A stretch of DNA of 24,000 nt from Tissierella simiarum (lineage in GTDB: Bacteria > Bacillota > Clostridia > Tissierellales > Tissierellaceae). The stretch lies in contig NZ_JAHLPM010000017.1 in assembly GCF_018917865.1 (NCBI RefSeq), positions 33,896-57,895 of the forward strand. The letters are read 5' to 3'. Below the pieces are notes generated by a model, which was not told the DNA's origin, searched no databases, and saw nothing but the letters and a program-made list of their open reading frames with translations. Made by a program: the position numbers and the translations under genes. Below, in pieces: positions 5,886 through 13,340 of this stretch (position 1 is its first letter; every line of letters begins with the position of its first letter).

Positions 5886-7271
5886 CTACCTAGCTAATTC
5901 ATAAATAGCCCTCGCATAGATTTGGATACATTTTTCAAGTAAAGAAACATGTATAAACTCATTAGCTTGATGAGCTAAGTTCTCATTATCTTTAAACAAA
6001 GGTCCAAAAGCTACTGTGTTGGGCATTAGCTTTGCATAAGTACCTCCGCCTGTTGATAATAATTCTGCCTCTTCACCTACTACCTCTTCATAAGCCTTTT
6101 TTAAAGACATCACTAATCTATGATCCTTTGGAAAATATAATGGAGCATTATGATTACCTTCATGGAATATAAAATTAGTATCTTTTATCTTATGCTTTAT
6201 ATTATTTAATATATCCTCATGAGATATAGTCACTGGGTATCTTATATTAAATCTCATACGTATTTCTGAGTTGTTTTCATTAATTACTCCAAGATTTAAT
6301 GTTAATGCTCCCGACTCTTCATCATAGAAATTTATTCCAAGTTTATTGCCATCCCAATCTTTTCCTATTAATTCTGAAAAATCTTCTAAAAACATAGTAA
6401 AATCATTTTTTAATTTTAATACCTTGTTTAAGTATAATAGTATATTAGCTATAGCATTTTCACCTAACTCTGGTGTGCTTCCATGAGAAGCTATTCCCTT
6501 ACTTTTTATTATTATATAATTTTCACTATATTCTAAGTCTATTTTATATATTTCTTTTAGACTTGTATCATTAAGTGCCATAATTAGCTGATTGTTATTA
6601 TTATGTATTATCTTACATTCACAATAATCAGGAACTATATTAGATCTTTTTCCTCCCTTAATATAATCAATTTCATAATCATCAAAGACATTTTCTAAAT
6701 TTTGTACTAATTCAAAAGTAAGAATTCCTTTTTCAGAAGTTACTATAGGAAAATAAGCATCGGGAGTAAAACAGTATAGTGGAGATTCTTCCCTCTTTAA
6801 GTAATAATCTATATCCTCTGTTCCAGATTCTTCATTAGTACCAAATATTACTCTAACTTTTTTAGATAATTTTATATTTGAATCCTTTAATAGTTTTAAT
6901 GCATAAAGTGCAGCTAGTAATGGTCCTTTATCATCTAAAGCTCCTCTACCATGGACTTTGCCATCTTTTATTATAGGTTCAAAGGGATTTGTACTCCAAC
7001 CATTCCCTTCTGGCACAACATCTATATGACCTAATACACCCACGTATTCATCGCCTTGTCCAAATTCTGCATACCCTATATAGTTATTTAAGTTAACTGT
7101 CCTAAACCCATATGACTTAGCTATGTCTAATATACAGTTTAAACCTTCTGTTATTCCCGCACCAAAAGGATGATCTTTAACAGAAACATCTTTTACTGTT
7201 TTTTTCCTTAATATGCTTTTTAAATCTATTAAAAACTCATCTTCTATTTTAATGTCCTTAATAAACACCAT
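5886..7271 (-). CDS. M20-family dipeptidase, PepV-like, full length (461 aa)
   Basis: ORF track. GHIDVVP, GRGALDDKGP, GTNEESG, FTPD and AHQANE correspond to the M20 metal and catalytic positions. The lid segment with KGIASHGSTPELGENA is present. Confidence 0.85.
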   Translation of the reverse strand: MVFIKDIKIEDEFLIDLKSILRKKTVKDVSVKDHPFGAGITEGLNCILDIAKSYGFRTVNLNNYIGYAEFGQGDEYVGVLGHIDVVPEGNGWSTNPFEPIIKDGKVHGRGALDDKGPLLAALYALKLLKDSNIKLSKKVRVIFGTNEESGTEDIDYYLKREESPLYCFTPDAYFPIVTSEKGILTFELVQNLENVFDDYEIDYIKGGKRSNIVPDYCECKIIHNNNNQLIMALNDTSLKEIYKIDLEYSENYIIIKSKGIASHGSTPELGENAIANILLYLNKVLKLKNDFTMFLEDFSELIGKDWDGNKLGINFYDEESGALTLNLGVINENNSEIRMRFNIRYPVTISHEDILNNIKHKIKDTNFIFHEGNHNAPLYFPKDHRLVMSLKKAYEEVVGEEAELLSTGGGTYAKLMPNTVAFGPLFKDNENLAHQANEFIHVSLLEKCIQIYARAIYELAR

Positions 7272-7321
7272 AAAATCACTCCCTAAGACATTTAACTTAT
7301 CTTAATATCATATAAATAAGA

Positions 7322-8425
7322 TTATCTATTAGTTGTTTTCATTTCTCTCAATAATTCTGAGTTTACTCTTTTACAAAATTCTGTAATAACTTCTACCGTT
7401 TGAATATAATCTTTACAATGAATTATTAGTCTAGGTGAATGCATATAACGTGTTGGTATAGAAAGTGTCATTGTAATAATCCCATCAAATGTTTTGTGTA
7501 TGATACCAGAATCTGTTCCTCCTGCAGTCATAAGGTCATAATTTATATCTAGCTTTAGCTCTTTACAAATTTCTTCTATTTTTTCAATTAATCCTCTGTG
7601 TGCTAATGCTGTAGAATCTAATACACTAAGTATAACTCCACATCCTAGCTTTATTTCACCTTTATCTACTGGTGTATCTTTAGCTGTTGTTACATCTAAT
7701 GCAAAGGCAATATCTGGTTTAATAATCTGGGTTGAAGTTCTAGCTCCCCTCAGTCCAACTTCCTCCTGAACCGTGCCAACTACATAAATATTTGCATCAT
7801 GCTCAATATTTTGTAGTTTCTTTAATACATCTATACCTACTGCTATACCTATCCTATCATCCCATGCCTTACCTAATAAATAATTTTGATTATTCATAAT
7901 AGAAAAGTTAACATTGGGAGTAATCATATCTCCTATTTGTATTCCCAAATCTTCCGCTTCTTCTTTTGTTGCTACTCCCAAATCTATGAATAAATCAATT
8001 GGTTTAATCACTTTTTCTTTTTCGGAATTTGACATTCCATGAGGTGCACGACTTCCAACAATACCATTAATCTTTTTACCTGCTGATGTGGTTATGGTCA
8101 TTTCTTGGGAAGGCAATACATGCCCCCACCATCCTCCTACAGGCAATATTTTTATATATCCATTACTATCAATATCTCTTACAACAAATCCTACTTCATC
8201 CATATGTCCAGCAATCATAATTTTAGGTCCATTCGGTTTACCTTTTTTTAATCCTATAATTGAACCTAAATTATCATATGAAATTTCATCAATATAATTA
8301 TTTAGATACTTTTTAACAACTCTACTAACTTCTTTTTCGCAACCTGATATACCGTCAGCTTCACTTAGTTCTTTTAGCATTTGTAAATCTATATTATGGT
8401 AAGTTACTTCTTTGTTTTTACTCAT
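7322..8425 (-). CDS. M42-family aminopeptidase (FrvX/YsdC/TET-like), ligand set intact
   Basis: ORF track. GHMDEVGF (H74), KAWDDRIG (D189/190), VQEEVGLRGA (E221/E222), ALDVT (D244) and RYMHSP (H329). Confidence 0.85.
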   Translation of the reverse strand: MSKNKEVTYHNIDLQMLKELSEADGISGCEKEVSRVVKKYLNNYIDEISYDNLGSIIGLKKGKPNGPKIMIAGHMDEVGFVVRDIDSNGYIKILPVGGWWGHVLPSQEMTITTSAGKKINGIVGSRAPHGMSNSEKEKVIKPIDLFIDLGVATKEEAEDLGIQIGDMITPNVNFSIMNNQNYLLGKAWDDRIGIAVGIDVLKKLQNIEHDANIYVVGTVQEEVGLRGARTSTQIIKPDIAFALDVTTAKDTPVDKGEIKLGCGVILSVLDSTALAHRGLIEKIEEICKELKLDINYDLMTAGGTDSGIIHKTFDGIITMTLSIPTRYMHSPRLIIHCKDYIQTVEVITEFCKRVNSELLREMKTTNR

Positions 8426-8480
8426 GAATCTTCCTCCAAGACTTTAAATTCTTATATTTTTTATACTAAATATAAATATC

Positions 8481-9557
8481 TTACCTATTTTCAGCTTTAA
8501 ATTTATTAATGCTTTCTGTGTTCAATGATTTTACAACATTAATGATTGCTTCTTTTGCGGCAATGTAATCATCAACGTCTATTATTGAACTATTAGTATT
8601 AATGTTTCTAGCACAAATACAAGTGGTTAAAGTTGGACATCCCACCAATAGTTTATGAATCCATCCAGCATCACTATCACCCATAGAATAAAAATACTGA
8701 TGTTTTATATGATTTGTTTTACAAATATGGATTAAATGCTGCAACAATGTTCTATTAGGCATCATTGATTTATCATAATAATTAATTAATATTCCTTCTC
8801 CTAGTTTTCCTACCGTATCATCACCACTTTTTATATCATTTGCTTGTAAACATTCCATTACAATTCCTAAATCTGGCTTAATTAAGTTAGTAGAAGTTTG
8901 AGCACCTCTTAATCCCACCTTATTTTGTACTGTAGAACCAATATATAAATCTACATCTAACTCTATATCCTTTAGTGCTTCTAATAATTCTATACCCATG
9001 ATACAGCCATAACGATTATTCCAAGCTTTAGAAAGAATTCTTTTACCTTTAGTTAGTACTTCAAATTGTCCATCAATAACAATTGAATCACCAAACTTTA
9101 TTCCTAACTCTGCAATTTCTTCTTTACTAGTTCCTCCAATATCCACTAAAATTTCACTAGCTTTTATTAATTTATCCTCGTCTGCTTGAGGATTAGGAAC
9201 AATTATACTTCCTTTAAATTCCTTTCCCTCATGATTTATCAATCTAACCCTTTGTGCTAATACAGTTTGATTTTGAATACTACCTAATGGCAAAACTCTA
9301 ATTAATCCTGTATCTGTAATTCCATTAACTACAAATCCAACTTCATCCATATGCCCACAAATTATAACTTTTTTAGCATTTTCTTTTCCACAACGCTTTA
9401 CCGCAAAAACAGAACCTAAATTATCAAAAATTATTTCATCTGTATATTTTTTATAATGCTTTTGTAATACTCTAGAAATATATTTTTCATTTCCTGAAAC
9501 TCCAATTATTTGAGTAATCTCTTCCATTAATTCTAATGTATTATCATTTAATTTCAT
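8481..9557 (-). CDS. M42-family paralog with substituted metal and catalytic residues (probable pseudo-peptidase)
   Basis: ORF track. It aligns by eye to the neighbouring M42 protein, but AWNNRYG replaces AWDDRIG, VQNKVGLRGA replaces VQEEVGLRGA, VMECL replaces ALDVT, and ARNINTN replaces TRYMHSP. Only the GHMDEVGF histidine is kept. Confidence 0.8.
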   Translation of the reverse strand: MKLNDNTLELMEEITQIIGVSGNEKYISRVLQKHYKKYTDEIIFDNLGSVFAVKRCGKENAKKVIICGHMDEVGFVVNGITDTGLIRVLPLGSIQNQTVLAQRVRLINHEGKEFKGSIIVPNPQADEDKLIKASEILVDIGGTSKEEIAELGIKFGDSIVIDGQFEVLTKGKRILSKAWNNRYGCIMGIELLEALKDIELDVDLYIGSTVQNKVGLRGAQTSTNLIKPDLGIVMECLQANDIKSGDDTVGKLGEGILINYYDKSMMPNRTLLQHLIHICKTNHIKHQYFYSMGDSDAGWIHKLLVGCPTLTTCICARNINTNSSIIDVDDYIAAKEAIINVVKSLNTESINKFKAENR

Positions 9558-9592
9558 AGTTCTTACCTCTTCTCTTTTATTGAGTTGCTTTC

Positions 9593-10717
9593 CTATTTTG
9601 CTAATTTATATATTGCCTGAGCAAATATTTTTGTATTTAATACTATATCGCTAATATCCATATATTCATTAGGATTGTGAGCAATTCCCTTTTGTCCTGG
9701 AAATGATGGACCAAATGGTACAATGTTGGGCATAATCTTTGCGTAAGTTCCACCAGTAGTTGTAACTGGAGTTCCATCTAAATTAGTTACTTCTTCATAA
9801 GCTTCTTGTAAAGATTTAACTAGAAAACAATCTTTTTTAAATTTAACTGGATTATAATTTTGTAATAGCTCTATGCTTAAGTTTCTACTCATTTTTGATT
9901 CTATCTGACTAATTATTTCATCTATCGTACATATTGCTGGATAGCTTAAATCAAACAGAAAATTTAAATGATTATCCTTAATATCCAAATTGTAATTTCT
10001 CATTTCCATAATCCCAAACTCTTTATCACTATAATTAATCCCTAACCTATCACCATTTGATTTACTTGATAGAAAATAACTATTGATAAAATTGAAAAAT
10101 TCTTGTGTAGATTCTTCATAATTTTCTTTATTTATATGGACTCTTATTTTAATTTTTGCTCTCCCTCGTTCACCATAAACTACTGGATACTTGCAATCAG
10201 GAGTAAATCCCATAATTGGAGGCTTTTCTCTATCTAAATAATGAGGTATGTCCTGGAATCCACTTTCTTCATCAGTACCAAATATAATACGTACTGGTTT
10301 TTTTAATTCTAATTTAGATTCTTTTATGGCGTATAATGCATATAATGCACTTATTATTGGTCCCTTGTTATCAAGTACTCCCCGACTATAAATCCTATCA
10401 TTTTCAACATGTCCACTAAATGGTGGATTAATCCACCCTTCTTCTGAAGGAACTACATCTAAATGTCCTACAACTCCTATATAATCATCACCATCACCTA
10501 ATTGTGCATATCCTACATATCCATCAATATTTTTCGTTTTGAAATTCAGTTTTTCAGATATTTCTAATGCTTTTAATAACGCATTATGGACATTTACTCC
10601 AAATGGAGCATCTACTATAGGTACATCTTTTACACTTGGTATCTTTACTATTTCAATAATATCCTTTATTAGCTGTTCTTTGAACTCATCTATTTTTTCA
10701 TTTAAAATTTGTTCCAT
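9593..10717 (-). CDS. M20-family dipeptidase, PepV-related but about 90 aa shorter (lid segment missing)
   Basis: ORF track. GHLDVVP, SRGVLDNKGP, GTDEESG, FTPD and AHNPNE are retained. The region corresponding to the ..GGKRSN....SHGSTPELGENA.. part of the 461-aa paralog is absent. No obvious Shine-Dalgarno before the ATG. Confidence 0.8.
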   Translation of the reverse strand: MEQILNEKIDEFKEQLIKDIIEIVKIPSVKDVPIVDAPFGVNVHNALLKALEISEKLNFKTKNIDGYVGYAQLGDGDDYIGVVGHLDVVPSEEGWINPPFSGHVENDRIYSRGVLDNKGPIISALYALYAIKESKLELKKPVRIIFGTDEESGFQDIPHYLDREKPPIMGFTPDCKYPVVYGERGRAKIKIRVHINKENYEESTQEFFNFINSYFLSSKSNGDRLGINYSDKEFGIMEMRNYNLDIKDNHLNFLFDLSYPAICTIDEIISQIESKMSRNLSIELLQNYNPVKFKKDCFLVKSLQEAYEEVTNLDGTPVTTTGGTYAKIMPNIVPFGPSFPGQKGIAHNPNEYMDISDIVLNTKIFAQAIYKLAK

Positions 10718-10794
10718 TGTTTGTCAGCAACTTGTAGTAAATATTTACTACAAAGCTTATTCACCCCTTAATATATATTTTTTGTTATCTAAAA

Positions 10795-10822
10795 AGGTAG
10801 CCTAATTAATTTTAGACTACCT
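10795..10822 (-). terminator. intra-locus hairpin plus U-tract directly after the GrdB-like gene (terminator or attenuator)
   Basis: Minus-sense RNA reads AGGUAGUC-(12 nt)-GGCUACCU followed by UUUUUAG: 8 bp including one G-U. It starts 6 nt after the stop at 10828. Confidence 0.5.
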
Positions 10823-10827
10823 ATTTT

Positions 10828-11349
10828 TTAATAGCATATTTCTTTTAAATACTCACTTATATCTTCCCCATCAACTTTCTTTCTAGCTAAAGAGCAAATA
10901 TTTCTAAGGGATTCACTTAATCCAGTTCCACCTTTTTTGGGCATAACTACAATATTCACTAAATCTTTATAATCTAAAATAGTTTGTTCATTTTCTTTAG
11001 ACATTGCAGCTATAGCTGGAATATTAGTTTTTTCATTAATTTCGTAAGCTAATACTGCACACATTTCTGCATATCCTGCATAGTTAAAAGCTGGTCCACA
11101 TATAACTATATCTGGATTAATTTTTTTCACCATAGCTGTCATTTTTAACTTTACTTCATCTCTATTATCTTTGAAAAAACCATCTCCGCAATATAAGCAT
11201 GCTACAACCTTCCCATTTACTTCCTTTAAAGCTGGTTCCAACATACTTGCAGATCCTATAGCCATAGATTTACCCCCTAATGGTAAATTAGGGTTTTCTT
11301 TGCCTCCTTGACCAGCCTGTACTTGATCGAATATCATTAAAACCTTCAT
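10828..11349 (-). CDS. stand-alone GrdB N-terminal-domain-like protein (173 aa), function unknown
   Basis: ORF track. The strings FDQVQAGQGGKE, CGDGFF, NPDIVICGPAFNYAGY and IPAIAAM parallel my memory of the N-terminal region of glycine/betaine/sarcosine/proline reductase selenoprotein B (..INQFF.GIGGEEKA.., ..CGD.Y.., ..NPDL.IAGPAFNAGRYG.., ..IP.V..M). AGGAGGTAAGG Shine-Dalgarno; the gene is tightly coupled to IIC. Confidence 0.55.
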   Translation of the reverse strand: MKVLMIFDQVQAGQGGKENPNLPLGGKSMAIGSASMLEPALKEVNGKVVACLYCGDGFFKDNRDEVKLKMTAMVKKINPDIVICGPAFNYAGYAEMCAVLAYEINEKTNIPAIAAMSKENEQTILDYKDLVNIVVMPKKGGTGLSESLRNICSLARKKVDGEDISEYLKEICY

Positions 11350-11360
11350 TTCCTTACCTC

Positions 11361-12710
11361 CTAAAAATCATCAAAAGATAAATCTTCAAAAGAAATATCT
11401 TCTTCCTCTTGCAGATTATTTTTTGCATCTTCTTCATCTTTTAGGTATTGTTTATCTAGCATCTTTATAAACGGATAATAAATTACACATCCCAGTACCA
11501 ATAATCCTATTTGCCACAATCCTGCGAACAAACTTCCCGTTGACAAGTATCCAGAAAATCCTATTGGAGTTGTCCACGGTAATGATACTCCTGTAGTATA
11601 AGGAATAATTCCTGCCTTAGTAGCAAATGTGGAAAGTATCAAATTTATTAGTGGAACACCAATAAATGGAACAATTAACACTGGATTTAATACAATTGGT
11701 AATCCAAAGATAATTGGCTCATTAATTCCAAAAATTCCTGGAACGATTGATAACTTACCTAATTGATTAATTCTTTTTGATTTACAGAAAAGTAACATAA
11801 CTATAACTAGCGAAAGAGTACTTCCTCCTCCTCCAAATCCTGTGAAGAAATTTGAAAAGGGATCTGTAAATATATTTGGTAACGGTAATCCAGCTTGGAA
11901 TGCTTCCAAGTTTTCAATAGTTAGTATTTTAGTAATTGGTGCAAATACTGTATTTGCAACTGCTGGACCGTTAATTCCAAAGAACCAAAATAGCGTACAT
12001 ACTATACTATATACAATTTGAGCTACCAATGTGTTTCCTACACCTTGTAACGGTGCCTGTAATACTGTATATATAAAGTTATGTGCTGTTTCAAAGGGTG
12101 TAAATTCAAATCCTATACGAATAAAGAAAAATAGTCCAATAACTATAGCACTTGGAATCAATGCTGCAAAAGAATCACATACTGCTGGCGGAACACCTTC
12201 TGGCATCTTAATCGTCCAACCTTTTCTATATGCCCAATTAAATACACTTACTGATGTTAAGGATATAATAAGAGCTAAAAATATACCATTAGAGCCTACA
12301 TACTCAAAGCCTAGTGCATTCATAGTGGCTGGTCCATCAACACCTTCAAACGGAATTCTTGTTGGCATCAAGATAATGAATGCGACTAAAGCCACAACTG
12401 CTCCTTGAATCTTATCACCTTTTATTTCTCTAGAATATGCATAGCCTGTCCCCACACAGGTCAACAAACCAATTATGTTAAAGGTTGCTCTTGAAACATT
12501 TATAAACCATAACTCCCAATCTACTCCAAGATATTTTGTCCAAAACTCAGACCAACCTGGAACTGGAAAATTTGCTATTAATAAAAAGATAGAACCTACA
12601 ATTAACAATGGTGTTGATATCAGAAAACCATCACGAATTGCAACTAAAACTTTATTTTTGCCTAGTCTATCAGCAATAGGCATTAGCACCTTTTCTAATG
12701 ATGCAAGCAT
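11361..12710 (-). CDS. PTS lactose/cellobiose-family EIIC permease (449 aa) with an acidic C-terminal tail
   Basis: ORF track. Polytopic membrane protein with the typical EIIC type-3 layout (N-terminal LEKVLMPIA..LG.N..L.AIRDG). AGGAGGAG Shine-Dalgarno. The tail is DEEDAKNNLQEEEDISFEDLSFDDF. Confidence 0.9.
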   Translation of the reverse strand: MLASLEKVLMPIADRLGKNKVLVAIRDGFLISTPLLIVGSIFLLIANFPVPGWSEFWTKYLGVDWELWFINVSRATFNIIGLLTCVGTGYAYSREIKGDKIQGAVVALVAFIILMPTRIPFEGVDGPATMNALGFEYVGSNGIFLALIISLTSVSVFNWAYRKGWTIKMPEGVPPAVCDSFAALIPSAIVIGLFFFIRIGFEFTPFETAHNFIYTVLQAPLQGVGNTLVAQIVYSIVCTLFWFFGINGPAVANTVFAPITKILTIENLEAFQAGLPLPNIFTDPFSNFFTGFGGGGSTLSLVIVMLLFCKSKRINQLGKLSIVPGIFGINEPIIFGLPIVLNPVLIVPFIGVPLINLILSTFATKAGIIPYTTGVSLPWTTPIGFSGYLSTGSLFAGLWQIGLLVLGCVIYYPFIKMLDKQYLKDEEDAKNNLQEEEDISFEDLSFDDF

Positions 12711-12721
12711 TTTATCTCCTC

Positions 12722-13045
12722 CTATTTTTTATTTTTTTTAATAAGAATAATTGCAGTTTTTAAAACCTTTTCTGCATTCATCATTCCATAGTCTTGTGAG
12801 TCAATTACTGCTATTGGAGTATTAATATCCTTGAATCTCTCTACTGTTTCATCATATAAGTACTTAACTTGTGGTCCTAATAGTATACAATCAGGATTAA
12901 GAGTTTCAACAATTTCTTCAAGTTTACCATGTGGAAAAGCTTTTACCTCAATTGGAAGCTCATGAGTATCTGCCACATCCTGCATCTTATTTGCTAATAA
13001 ACTTGTAGACATACCATGGCTGCAGAATAAATAAATCTTTTTCAT
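12722..13045 (-). CDS. PTS lactose/cellobiose-family EIIB component
   Basis: ORF track. 107 aa with the N-terminal IYLFCSHGMSTSLL active-site cysteine loop typical of EIIB-Cel. Confidence 0.9.
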   Translation of the reverse strand: MKKIYLFCSHGMSTSLLANKMQDVADTHELPIEVKAFPHGKLEEIVETLNPDCILLGPQVKYLYDETVERFKDINTPIAVIDSQDYGMMNAEKVLKTAIILIKKNKK

Positions 13046-13323
13046 CGTTTACACCTACTTTCTCTAATATTATTATTTTATTTGTTTAATAAAAACTTTG
13101 TTAACCTCTAGCTTATATTATCCTCTCATCTTAGCTGTTTATCAATGATAGATGCCAATCAATCTTTGTGGCAAACGTTCTCCTTAAAATTTTTATCCTA
13201 TTATTTTATGTACTCAGTAATTTTTTCTTATCTTTAATCATCACATCCTCCTATTTATAGAAAACATTAATTATAACACATAATTATATTAATCAATTTC
13301 TTAACTACCTTTATCTTTTATAT

Positions 13324-13340
13324 AGCAATTCTTATGCCAA
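13324..13340 (-). promoter_or_regulatory. sigma-54 (-24/-12) promoter TTGGCAT-AAGAA-TTGCT for the IIB-IIC-... operon
   Basis: Minus sense reads TTGGCATAAGAATTGCT, which fits TGGCAC-N5-TTGCW with correct spacing. It lies about 280 nt upstream of the IIB start, implying a long leader. Confidence 0.75.

Noticed and set aside
10828-11349. Possibility of a selenocysteine (in-frame TGA) or SECIS element, given the GrdB similarity.
   Set aside because: The ORF has no in-frame TGA, ends in TAA, and is followed by an ordinary terminator hairpin. The Sec-containing part of GrdB is simply absent.
13142-13158. A second TGGCAT in the PTS leader (minus sense TTGGCATCTATCATTGA).
   Set aside because: The -24-like half is present, but the position of the -12 element reads ATTGA rather than TTGC. 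It does not qualify as a sigma-54 promoter.
13170-13183. cre-like (CcpA) site GGAGAACGTTTGCC in the PTS leader.
   Set aside because: It has four mismatches to the TGWAANCGNTNWCA consensus, including both outer TG/CA positions. That is no better than chance.
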